Assembly: GCA_048497935.1 (NCBI GenBank)
Contig: JBEHYY010000001.1
Coordinates: 129,977 to 193,976 of the forward strand
Source of the DNA: Verrucomicrobiota bacterium
GTDB lineage: Bacteria > Verrucomicrobiota > Verrucomicrobiia > Opitutales > JABDGR01
DNA length: 64,000 nucleotides
Reading direction: 5' to 3'
Under the pieces are notes generated by a model, which was given only the letters and a program-made list of their open reading frames with translations, did no database searches and was not told the DNA's origin. This document shows, one piece after another, positions 48,778-58,206 of the stretch. Numbering within the stretch: position 1 is the stretch's first letter; each line of letters opens with the position of its first letter. The translations under genes were made by a program, and so were the position numbers.

Positions 48778-50201
48778 CCTTCAGCAGCGGAGCGACCCTG
48801 ATGGGCAACTCGACGACCATTTCCATCTATGCAGGCAGCGGTCTTACTTTTAACGGTACCACCGGCCTCCCCACCGGGTCGGGTAATTATATGCTGTTTG
48901 ACGCGGTCCGCGGTGTTTTTGCGGCGGGTAACATCACGGGCAGTTCTGATTTGACGGGCGATGGCGAGGTTGCCATCGGCTATGCCGTAACCAACTCCGG
49001 ATGGGGTTCGGTGGCTTTGGGCGTGTCCGTTTCCGCCCTCGGGGCCAGCGCGGTCAGCATCGGCGGCGGAACTTATGCCGGGCATAGCTCGGCGGTGTCC
49101 ATTGGCGGCGGAACTTCCGCCTACAATCTCGGGGGCGTCGCCCTGGGCTCGAATAGCACGGAAATCGGCGGTGAAGGCGCCGTGGCGATCGGCAACACCG
49201 CTCTTGCCGACTTCATCGGCGCCGTGTCCATTGGCAATCTCACCGTCGCCAATGGCACGGGCGCGGTGGCCCTTGGCAATATTTCCAACGCCACCGGGGC
49301 CGGCTCCATTGCCATCGGCAACAACAACACCGTCAACGCCACCAATGCGGTCGCCATCGGCGCGAACGTGCGGGTGCAGGCGGTATCCGGCAACACGGGA
49401 AACAACAGCATTGCCATTGGCAGCAGCGCAAGCGTGAAAGGCGCCAATAGCATCGCCATCGGCGGACACGTGGATTTGACGAATGCCTATTATCCCACGG
49501 ATGGCATTGCGATTGGCGGCACCAACTGGGGTTGGTCGGGTATTTCGGTTGGGCCTAACTCCGGGGTTTACAACGATGCCGGGATTGCCATGGGTTATGC
49601 CAGCTATGTGGGCGGCGATCCTTATAATGGCACCATGGGGAATGCCTGGGGCTCCGCGTCCATTGGCACCGGAGATTTTGCGCTGGGAGGAGGCGCGATC
49701 AGCTTTGGCGCCTATAACAGGGCCACCGGGGATGGCGCCATCGGCCTGGGCAATCGAAATTTAGGCAATGGCACTGCGGCAGTGGCCATCGGCGGCTATT
49801 CGAATGCCACCGGTGACTATACGACAGCCATTGGCGCAAACAATACCGTCACCGGCAACAGCTCGGTGGCCCTGGGCCATCATATCAACATCACGACGGA
49901 CAGCGCGGTGGTCGCCGGGGTGGCGGCGGGCACTGGCACCTACATCACCACTAATTTCTACAATGGCACCACCACCCACAACAACAGCACCGCCTACACC
50001 TTCCCCAGCGGGAGCGGCGCATCCTCACCGCTGTTTGTTCTGGGCAATGGAACAGTCGCCATAACTTCCAATGGCACGGCCACCACGGTGAACGCCACCC
50101 TCGGCACCGCGCTCACCGTTCTCAAAAACGGCACCGTGGTGATTCCCAAACGCCAGGGGGACATTGTCATGGGCAGCTTTGGCAACGGTGGCGGAGACTG
50201 A
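48234..50201 (+). CDS. Second YadA-head fibre/adhesin paralog
   Basis: Same N-terminal domain and C-terminal motif (KRQGDIVMGSFGNGGGD), divergent head repeats. Confidence 0.85.
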   Translation: MHAFLHLRQSMQNLFVPRRSRLGAWLAGALLLGSPTLHAADQTVTGNLTVTANATVANDFDAGWSWVTLTGTEKPGNSGTWLHFNLDLSDITTVASATTYVIPGLNIGVTNGTIANVVNTGYNPNTSWTWQEGLTNVVGGVLYFNGTPATQMSLSNLGVLTVYNASNASNTLTLDPANQKIAFSSGATLMGNSTTISIYAGSGLTFNGTTGLPTGSGNYMLFDAVRGVFAAGNITGSSDLTGDGEVAIGYAVTNSGWGSVALGVSVSALGASAVSIGGGTYAGHSSAVSIGGGTSAYNLGGVALGSNSTEIGGEGAVAIGNTALADFIGAVSIGNLTVANGTGAVALGNISNATGAGSIAIGNNNTVNATNAVAIGANVRVQAVSGNTGNNSIAIGSSASVKGANSIAIGGHVDLTNAYYPTDGIAIGGTNWGWSGISVGPNSGVYNDAGIAMGYASYVGGDPYNGTMGNAWGSASIGTGDFALGGGAISFGAYNRATGDGAIGLGNRNLGNGTAAVAIGGYSNATGDYTTAIGANNTVTGNSSVALGHHINITTDSAVVAGVAAGTGTYITTNFYNGTTTHNNSTAYTFPSGSGASSPLFVLGNGTVAITSNGTATTVNATLGTALTVLKNGTVVIPKRQGDIVMGSFGNGGGD

Positions 50202-50254
50202 CCCGCCGCGTCCGGTCGCGTCCACGGTGACTTAAACTTCAACTCCTGTTGCAA

Positions 50255-51046
50255 ATGAACATGAAAAAGAAATTTTTGGTTTGGCTGGGTTCCGGACTGG
50301 TGCTCATGGCGGTGGCAATGGCCGACCCTGACTGGTGGACGAATACCACGATCGGCACCAATTTCATCGATGGGGCCGCCACCCCACAAAACTACGCCCC
50401 GCTCAACCTGGGCCAGCTCAAGAATGTCGCGTCCAAGGCGAAACTGTACTTGGACACGCAGTTTCGCTGGCAGGGCGGAGCGGGTACCGCTGTCAATGCC
50501 ACCGTCAGCGGGTTTGGGAACACCACGGCACTCAATTACGAGCCGGCCAACCTCGGCCAGCTCAAGGTGGTGGCCAAGCCGTTTTATGACCGGCTCATTG
50601 CCCTCGGCTACAACACGAATGCCAATTTGATTGCCCGCGGATTCCCGGGCAATTGGACGGGCAACTACGCCTGGGATCCTAGCACCGCGACATCGGTGAA
50701 TTACGCCCCGGCCAATCTGGGCCAGTTGAAAATGGTGTTTTCGTTCGATCTGAGCGTGAACGCGGTTTCCGACACGGATGGCGACGGTCTGCCCGACTGG
50801 TGGGAAAAGGCCTACTTTGGCGGCAGCCTCAGCCAAACGGGCAGCGGGGACTATGACAGCAACGGTCTGAGCAACAAGGATGAATATGAACTGGAACTGG
50901 ACCCCCATGTTGACCAGGCCGGCAATATGACCAACCACCTGCAATATGAATATGACGCCCTGGGGCGTCTGACCAATGCCACCGGACTCTCCATTTCTGG
51001 GAATTACACTTACGACGCGGAAGGCAACCCAACCCACACCCAATAG
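50255..51046 (+). CDS. Secreted adaptor-like protein: 3x NYxPxNLGQLK, Ca-binding DxDxDG repeats, terminal YD repeats
   Basis: Signal peptide; DTDGDGLPDWWE; YEYDALGRL..YTYDAEGN. Confidence 0.8.
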   Translation: MNMKKKFLVWLGSGLVLMAVAMADPDWWTNTTIGTNFIDGAATPQNYAPLNLGQLKNVASKAKLYLDTQFRWQGGAGTAVNATVSGFGNTTALNYEPANLGQLKVVAKPFYDRLIALGYNTNANLIARGFPGNWTGNYAWDPSTATSVNYAPANLGQLKMVFSFDLSVNAVSDTDGDGLPDWWEKAYFGGSLSQTGSGDYDSNGLSNKDEYELELDPHVDQAGNMTNHLQYEYDALGRLTNATGLSISGNYTYDAEGNPTHTQ

Positions 51047-51055
51047 GATTTTTTC

Positions 51056-54000
51056 ATGAAACGGATTTTTTACATTCTCACCATTTTATTTTGGCCGTCG
51101 CTGCTCCAGGCGCAGGGCTTTACGCCGGGCACGCAACGCGTCAAACCCGATCCGGCGGCCCTCGCGGCTCAGCTGCTGGCCACACGTTCGAACGGGGCCG
51201 GGGGAGCGGGCGAACGGTTTCACACCGACAGCCTCTCGCCCGATCTCGTGACGGAGGGCGGGAATGAGGCGGATGCGATAACGGTGGAAATCACCGATTT
51301 GGCGGCGCAGTTGCAGCACGATCCCCTGGCCATCTACAACTACTGCGTGAACCGGATCGAGTACGAGCATTACTGGGGGGCGAAAAAGGGCGCGACGATG
51401 ACTTATCTCGAAGGGAGCGGCAACGCGTTCGACACAGCGGCGCTCATGGTGGCCCTGCTGCGCGAATCGGGCTTCAGCGCGGGCTACCATTTTGGCACGG
51501 TGGCGGTCTACGACTCGGACCTGGCGGCATGGTACAAGCTGGATCGCTACGACGCGGACTCGGGAAATTATCCCTTTGACGACTTGAGCAACAGCGATTT
51601 TTTCACTCAATACGAGCCGTTCATTGATGCGAACGGCTACGACACTGACTATGGCGACTATGACGAGGGAGATGACGACGATGTGAGCCTGATCAGGGAA
51701 ATCCGCTTTGTGGTCAGTCGCGGGATTTTCAGCCTGGCGCGGGGCCTGCCTTTTATCTTCCCCTATTTTGACGAGGATAACCGGCTGTACTGGGAGATTC
51801 CACACGTGTGGGTGCGTGTGCAGATCGGCGAGGACGTGTATGAACTGGATCCCTCCTTCAAGCTGCACGAACCGGCGGGCGAAAAAATCGACCTAGCCAC
51901 GACGACCGGCTATGACCATAGCGCCCTAAGCACCGCGATGGGAGGCACAGCCCCGTCCAACACCACTATCCAGGGCCTGGTGGAGGGGAATCTGACGGCG
52001 GCCCTGGGAAATTACACCAGCAACCTGACGGCGTGGCTGAAAGCCAACCGCCCGAACGACTCCGTGGACTCCATTTTGGGGCGGGAAGTGGTCATCCCCT
52101 ACTACGCCACCAGCCTGGGCGACGAAGCCCTGATCGAGGACTGGGACTACTTTGACTCGGATTTCTTGACGATGCAAACCTGGGACGCGATACCCGACGA
52201 ATGGTTTCCCCGTCTGACCATTTCGATCGGGCAATACAAGGGCGGGGGCAGCCCCACCACGCTGTTCACGGACACGCTGTCGTTGGCGGCCCTGGGGGAC
52301 CAGTGCCTGTCCCTGCACTTCAGCGGCAATACGGCCTATCTTTCCCTGAATGACGGGGCTTGGACGGGGGACAACCTGACCAACGGCACGATCACCCTGG
52401 GCAATCGGACCACGGTGGACGTGCAAATTTCTGTCAACCAGCCTTTCGGCAGCCTGGATGGGTCCGGGGATCTGGATGACACCGGCAGCGGGGATTTTTC
52501 CAGCCCGCCCCCGCCCATCGTGACCTATAAGGTCAACAACGACTATGTTTACGCCCTGATCCACTGCTATGACTCCAGCCCGCACCTGATCAGAAAGCGC
52601 CAGGAAGTGATGGAGGGCTATCTGGCGGCATCCATTGCCGAGAGTGACTGGCGTGTGCGCAGCGAGCTGCTGAACGTGATGGGGCTGACGTACATGGAGC
52701 AGACGGAATTTTCCGACTCCCTGGTGGGGAGCCAATTCGGGGTGCTGCCATTTTATCCATACCGGATCGGCCGCCTGGCCCAGGAGGCCGCCTACTACCT
52801 GGATATGTACCAGATCACTTCGGATGATGAGGCGGTGAAAAGCAACGAGACGGACTTGATCCATGCCTTCCAATTCGCGGGTCTTTTCGACAGCGCCTTG
52901 GAGCACGGCATCCTCGAGCAGCTCCAGGGGCCGACCGTCCACGCGGTCTCGACGATGAAGGTCTTGCAACTGGCGAACACCGCGAATGTGACCATTTACC
53001 GGGGGGATGAGTACAACTGGAGCTCGATAAACTCCACCTTGTCGGCCAATTACTCCGGCCAGATCTCCTCCATCGGCAACATAGTCACGGGGAGCCATGG
53101 CGCGGTGCTGATCCCGGGGAGCTCGACGATCAGCTCCGGCAACTGGACGGGGTGGAGTTATTATCTGGTGGGAAATTCGAGCGCAGCGGCCTTGATTGCG
53201 GGCAATTACAGCGGAGGAATCCCGACGAGCAACGGCACGGTGGACTCAACCTACCGACGCCCGATCCCACCGCCCCTGCCTCCACCCGCCGCCCCGATAG
53301 TCAATAGCGCCGAGCCGGTGGACCTGGCAACGGGGGCCTACACGTACGACCGGACGGACCTGGAGCTGGGCGGGCCGGCGCCGCGCGGGCTGGCGTTTGC
53401 GCGGAATTACAATTCGAGCCGACACTTGGATAATTCGCCGGGGCTGGGGTACGGGTGGACGGACAATTTTAACCTGCTCGTCAGCCTTTGCAGCAACGGG
53501 GAGAACGGACTGGGGCAGGCGACGAGCTACCAGGCAGCGCCGTATCTGGCGGCGATCGCCGCGGCGGAGGACTTGTTCACCAACCACGCGACGGCGAAAG
53601 ACTGGCTGGCGGCGGCGCTGACGGCGGACTGGGCGATTGACCAGCTGACGCGCAAGAGCGTGGTGCTGACGATGGGTGACCGGACCGTGGAATACACTGC
53701 GCTGCCCGACGGCACCTTCGCCGCGCCGGCGGGGCTGACGGCGACGCTCGCCTTCAGCGGGAACCACTACTCGCTGGCGGAGAGGCACGGGAACACCTAC
53801 AACTTCCTGGCCATCAACGGCACGACGGGCAACGGGGCGATCTCCAACATCACCGACCTGTACGGGCAGGCGCTGACCTTCACCTACGGCAACACGGGGC
53901 TGCTGACGACGGTGACGGACAGCTTCAGCCGCAACGTGACGCTGAACTGGACGAACGGGACGCTGGCCAACATCACCGACAGCACGGGCCGCCACGTGGA

Positions 54001-57000
54001 CTACAGCTACACGGGAGGCAACCTGACCTCCGCCACCGACGCGGACGGCAAGACATGGACCTTCAGCTACGACGCGCACCACAACCTGACGGAGCTGAAG
54101 GACCCGGGGAACAACACGTTGGTGGACAACCTGTACGACGGGCACAGCCGCGTGTACGAGCAGGACAGCCAGGGGAACGTGAGCAAGGCGTGGAAGTTCT
54201 ACTACACGGGCTTCGCCAACGCGCAGGAGGACCCGGCGGGCAACGTCACCACCTATTATTACGACAACAACCTCCGGCTGCTCAGCATCCAGGACCCGCT
54301 GGGGAATTTTGACCAGCGGGTATATGACGGCCAGGACCAGATTGTGCAGTACTACACGCCAGACGGCAACTTGACCGCCTATACCTACGACAAGAACCAC
54401 AACCTGACGGTGACGACGAACGCGCTGGGCCACAACCTGACGAACACCTTTGACGCGGCCAGCAACCTGACGGCGACGACCGACTTCCGCGGGAACACGA
54501 CGCACTTCACCTACAACAGCCACTTCCAGCCGCTGACGGTGGTGGACGCGACGAGCACGACCATCCTGACCAACACGTACAACGCGACCACGGGCAACCT
54601 GGAGACGACCACGGATGCGGGGAACAACACGACGACCTTCACGATGAACGGGCTGGGCCAGGTGTCGCGCATAGACTACGCGGACAGCACCCACGAGACC
54701 TTCACGTACAACGACCTGGGCGACCAGCTCACCCACACGGACGCGCGGGGCAACGTCACCAGCCAGACGTACGACCACCACCGCCGCCCGCTTGTCACGA
54801 CGCTGCCGGGGAACGCGACGCTGACGAATGTATACGACGACGAGGGGAACCTGCAGTCCGTGACGGACGCAGGCAACCACACGACGAGCTACACGTACAG
54901 CCCGTCGCAAAAGCTGCTGACGACGACGATGCCGGCCGTCATCGCCGGGACGGCGAACACCACGAACCACTACGACACGCGCGACTGGCTGGCGACGACC
55001 ACGGACGCCCTGGGCCACAACATCACATACACCTTTGACGCGGCCCAGCACCTAACGGCAACGACGGACCAGCTGAGTCACACCGTCGCGCAGGACTATG
55101 ACGTGAACGGACGGGTGAACTCGACGATAGACGCGATGAACGCGACGACGAGCTTTGGGTACGATGCGGCGGGGGAGCAGACGCGGCTAACGGACGCGTT
55201 GACGCACGATTTGGGGTACACCTACGACGAGAATGGGAACCGGCTGACGCTGGTGAACCGGCGGAGCCAGACGTACACGTACACGTACGACGCGGACAAC
55301 CGGGCGCTGACGCTGGAGACGCCGCTGAGCCACACGACGACGACAGGGTGGAACGCGCGAGGGCTAGTGCAGAACATCACGCGGCCGTCGGGGAACGTGA
55401 CGGCATACACGTACGACAGCCGGGGGCGGGTGGCGACGAGCAACGACACCGTGGGGAACCTGACGTTCAGTTACGACAACAACGGGAACCTGCTGACGGT
55501 GGGTCAGGGCGGGGCGAACCTGACGCGGGCGTACGACGCGCGCAATCGGGTGACGAGCTATACGGACGGGGGCAACAACACGATCGGGTATGGGTACGAC
55601 GACATGAACAATTTGACCTCGGTGACGTACCCGGGGAACCACACCGTGACGTACGCGTACGACGCGCGGCACGAGCTGACGTCAGTGACGGACTGGGGGA
55701 ACCGGACGACGAGCTACACGTACGACGTGGCGGGAAAGATGACCGGCATCACGTACCCCAACGGGGCGAGCCGGGCGCTGACGTACGACAACGCGGGGCG
55801 GGTGACGCAGATTGCGGACTGGCGCGCGGGGAGCAAGCGGCTGGCGCTGGCGACGTTTGGGTACGACGCGAACGGGCGGGTGACGGACGAGTTTGCGGCG
55901 CCAATCCCGCGGGCGTACGGGGAGGCAAACATCACCGCGACATTTGACAACGACAACCGGCTGCTGACGTTCGGAGTTCTGAGCCCCACCTACGACGATG
56001 ATGGGAACATGCTGACGGGGCCGCTCCTGGCATCCAACGTGTCAGCCAACTATACGTATAATGCGCGGAACCAGTTGGTATCGGCCGGCGGGGTGACGAA
56101 TACCTACGACGCCTTGGGGAACCGGATTGCGACGACGGTGGGCGGGCAGACGACGACGTATCTGATGAACCCGAACGCGGCGCTGCCGCAGGTGCTGATC
56201 CGGACGAAGCCGGACACAACGCAGACGTATTACGTGTATGGCGCAGGCGGCGTGCTGCTTTACGAGGTGACGGGGATCGGGGGTAGCGAGAGCTATAAAA
56301 CTTACCATTACGATGCCCGGGGTAATACTGCCTTTATTCTGGAGAGCGACGGGGTCACGGTGACGGACCGGATGGAGTATAGCCCCTTCGGTACCACGAA
56401 TTACAAGAATGGCACGACGGACACGCCGTTCCTCTTCGGGGGTGCCTACGGCGTGATGACGGACAGCTCCGGCTTGCTCTTCATGCGCGCCCGGTTCTAC
56501 AATCCGCTCATGCATACTTTCGTCAACGCCGACCCCATTGGCTTTGGCGGCGGCATGAACTGGTATGCATATGCCAATGGCGACCCGATCAACGCAATGG
56601 ACCCGTTGGGGCTGACGGCTGGGGACACGAGCGGGGCGACACATTATAACGGTCCGACCATCGGTCCCGTCACTGGGTGGCGTGCTTATGCGCCGTTTTG
56701 GTTGCAAGGCGCAGTTGACCAACTCGGTTCAATTCTGGCCCCGATGTCAAATGCAATGAGCTACAATATGATTACTGGCCATCGGGTCAGTATACTTTCT
56801 CCTGACCCTGGTATCATGTACGATCGGCCATATTTGAATGATTATCAAAAAGGCGGCCGTGATGTTAACGCCATAATCACGTTAGGAGGTTTGTTTGCCC
56901 TCAGCCCGAGAGCGCCGGTCGTTGCGGCAGAGAGTGATGCGCTCACAGGAGCTGAAGCTGCTCGTGCCGCCTTGGGTAAAGGGCCGCTCGCAAATCCTGG

Positions 57001-57211
57001 AACTCCTTTAACTGCCGAAATGCGCGCGGCACTACAGGAAAATTTAGCTGCCAGCCAAAACAACTTGAATCTCGCTCGACAGGGATTGAATCGCGCCGGA
57101 AATCCCTTCACGAGCGCACAAGCACAGCAGGCTGCAATTAATGCGGCCCAGAATCGGATAAATGAAATCAACAAGATTATGGAATCCGGTCTCCAAGCCC
57201 CGAGGAATTAA
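51056..57211 (+). CDS. Rhs/YD-repeat polymorphic toxin with N-terminal transglutaminase-like domain
   Basis: Signal peptide; GNAFD..HVWV..LDPSFK; EPVDLATG (DUF6531-like); YD repeats; core end ARFYNP..DPINAMDPLGL; ~198-aa low-GC tip. Confidence 0.93.
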   Translation: MKRIFYILTILFWPSLLQAQGFTPGTQRVKPDPAALAAQLLATRSNGAGGAGERFHTDSLSPDLVTEGGNEADAITVEITDLAAQLQHDPLAIYNYCVNRIEYEHYWGAKKGATMTYLEGSGNAFDTAALMVALLRESGFSAGYHFGTVAVYDSDLAAWYKLDRYDADSGNYPFDDLSNSDFFTQYEPFIDANGYDTDYGDYDEGDDDDVSLIREIRFVVSRGIFSLARGLPFIFPYFDEDNRLYWEIPHVWVRVQIGEDVYELDPSFKLHEPAGEKIDLATTTGYDHSALSTAMGGTAPSNTTIQGLVEGNLTAALGNYTSNLTAWLKANRPNDSVDSILGREVVIPYYATSLGDEALIEDWDYFDSDFLTMQTWDAIPDEWFPRLTISIGQYKGGGSPTTLFTDTLSLAALGDQCLSLHFSGNTAYLSLNDGAWTGDNLTNGTITLGNRTTVDVQISVNQPFGSLDGSGDLDDTGSGDFSSPPPPIVTYKVNNDYVYALIHCYDSSPHLIRKRQEVMEGYLAASIAESDWRVRSELLNVMGLTYMEQTEFSDSLVGSQFGVLPFYPYRIGRLAQEAAYYLDMYQITSDDEAVKSNETDLIHAFQFAGLFDSALEHGILEQLQGPTVHAVSTMKVLQLANTANVTIYRGDEYNWSSINSTLSANYSGQISSIGNIVTGSHGAVLIPGSSTISSGNWTGWSYYLVGNSSAAALIAGNYSGGIPTSNGTVDSTYRRPIPPPLPPPAAPIVNSAEPVDLATGAYTYDRTDLELGGPAPRGLAFARNYNSSRHLDNSPGLGYGWTDNFNLLVSLCSNGENGLGQATSYQAAPYLAAIAAAEDLFTNHATAKDWLAAALTADWAIDQLTRKSVVLTMGDRTVEYTALPDGTFAAPAGLTATLAFSGNHYSLAERHGNTYNFLAINGTTGNGAISNITDLYGQALTFTYGNTGLLTTVTDSFSRNVTLNWTNGTLANITDSTGRHVDYSYTGGNLTSATDADGKTWTFSYDAHHNLTELKDPGNNTLVDNLYDGHSRVYEQDSQGNVSKAWKFYYTGFANAQEDPAGNVTTYYYDNNLRLLSIQDPLGNFDQRVYDGQDQIVQYYTPDGNLTAYTYDKNHNLTVTTNALGHNLTNTFDAASNLTATTDFRGNTTHFTYNSHFQPLTVVDATSTTILTNTYNATTGNLETTTDAGNNTTTFTMNGLGQVSRIDYADSTHETFTYNDLGDQLTHTDARGNVTSQTYDHHRRPLVTTLPGNATLTNVYDDEGNLQSVTDAGNHTTSYTYSPSQKLLTTTMPAVIAGTANTTNHYDTRDWLATTTDALGHNITYTFDAAQHLTATTDQLSHTVAQDYDVNGRVNSTIDAMNATTSFGYDAAGEQTRLTDALTHDLGYTYDENGNRLTLVNRRSQTYTYTYDADNRALTLETPLSHTTTTGWNARGLVQNITRPSGNVTAYTYDSRGRVATSNDTVGNLTFSYDNNGNLLTVGQGGANLTRAYDARNRVTSYTDGGNNTIGYGYDDMNNLTSVTYPGNHTVTYAYDARHELTSVTDWGNRTTSYTYDVAGKMTGITYPNGASRALTYDNAGRVTQIADWRAGSKRLALATFGYDANGRVTDEFAAPIPRAYGEANITATFDNDNRLLTFGVLSPTYDDDGNMLTGPLLASNVSANYTYNARNQLVSAGGVTNTYDALGNRIATTVGGQTTTYLMNPNAALPQVLIRTKPDTTQTYYVYGAGGVLLYEVTGIGGSESYKTYHYDARGNTAFILESDGVTVTDRMEYSPFGTTNYKNGTTDTPFLFGGAYGVMTDSSGLLFMRARFYNPLMHTFVNADPIGFGGGMNWYAYANGDPINAMDPLGLTAGDTSGATHYNGPTIGPVTGWRAYAPFWLQGAVDQLGSILAPMSNAMSYNMITGHRVSILSPDPGIMYDRPYLNDYQKGGRDVNAIITLGGLFALSPRAPVVAAESDALTGAEAARAALGKGPLANPGTPLTAEMRAALQENLAASQNNLNLARQGLNRAGNPFTSAQAQQAAINAAQNRINEINKIMESGLQAPRN

Positions 57212-57215
57212 TACC

Positions 57216-57581
57216 ATGACCGAGAAAGAACAATGGCTCAAGGAACGGTTAAAAGCGAGCCCCCCCCTGTCTGAAGATGAACGGTGGTTAATAGACCTTC
57301 TGGCAGATCGTTTAGTCCATGAGAACGACTTGTCCGGAGCGATTGATACTTTAGAAATGCTGCTGTCATTGGATGCTTTGCCAGCACTTCTGAATGTGCT
57401 GAAGGATACGATGCGTCCTCTTCAAATTCGTCAACAAGCTGCAAGAGCAGTTCACAAAATTGGAGCCGATTATGTGAACACAAAGTTGATTGAACTCAAA
57501 ACTTCCGACTTGCCAGAACTTCGAAAACTGGCGGCAATCGCGTTGGGCCAGAGCGAAAATGAACCCACGAGCCAGCCATAG
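57216..57581 (+). CDS. HEAT-repeat protein, putative immunity protein
   Basis: Starts 4 bp after Rhs stop; low GC; IRQQAARAVHKIG and LRKLAAIALG. Confidence 0.75.
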   Translation: MTEKEQWLKERLKASPPLSEDERWLIDLLADRLVHENDLSGAIDTLEMLLSLDALPALLNVLKDTMRPLQIRQQAARAVHKIGADYVNTKLIELKTSDLPELRKLAAIALGQSENEPTSQP

Positions 57582-57662
57582 CAATGGAAGTGCCCTGTGC
57601 CTCTTTTCAATTTCCATGCCATAATAGAGCGTCACGGGGCAGCTTCTCGGCTAGGAACCCTC

Positions 57663-57796
57663 TGGGTCGGCGCCCGGATATACAACCCCCAGGGCGGCAG
57701 GTTCCTCAGCCCCACCCCCTCGGCCACACCGCCAGCTGCGATCTTTATTTGTATGCCGGAGAAAATCTGATCAATCACACCGACGTGACCGGACGG
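57663..57796 (+). pseudogene. Frameshifted orphan Rhs core remnant
   Basis: WVGARIYNPQGGRFLSP / frameshift / PLGHTASCDLYLYAGENLINHTDVTGR. Confidence 0.75.
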
Positions 57797-57919
57797 AGTC
57801 CGGTGGCCACAGATGAAGCGAAGGCCAAAAAAAAATCCGGAGGGGGATTTTTAAAAAAACACTCCGGACAATCCGAATGCCCCACGATTCCGCCATCAAA
57901 CCAACCGGCTTAAAATTAA

Positions 57920-58114
57920 TCAGGACTTAACCCCAAGCGCCGCAGATTCAACCGGGGCCGGCAAACCGGGCTGGGCAGCCGGGGCGGGTGCCAGCGGAGC
58001 GGCGCCAAACAGCCCTCCACGCTCGACGACCACGCCGTGGGTGTCCGCCTCGGAACAGGCGGAAAAACCAGCGGCAGCCGACAAGACGATAAGAAGGGAA
58101 AGGACCCGTTTCAT
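57920..58114 (-). CDS. Small putative lipoprotein
   Basis: MKR + hydrophobic stretch + FSAC lipobox. Confidence 0.6.
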   Translation of the reverse strand: MKRVLSLLIVLSAAAGFSACSEADTHGVVVERGGLFGAAPLAPAPAAQPGLPAPVESAALGVKS

Positions 58115-58206
58115 GGGAGAAATTCTAGCGGAAACTCCCCAGAGGCGTCAAGAGCAAGCGCCGGAATAACGTGGCATTTGCCGCCAAAGGCACCATACTG
58201 CACCCC

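Noticed and set aside
53246-55051. 601-aa minus-strand ORF
   Set aside because: Val/Arg-rich antisense artefact of the skewed Rhs codon usage
51056-57211. T6SS effector or Tc-toxin C subunit
   Set aside because: Has a signal peptide; no PAAR, VgrG, EagR or TcA/TcB genes nearby
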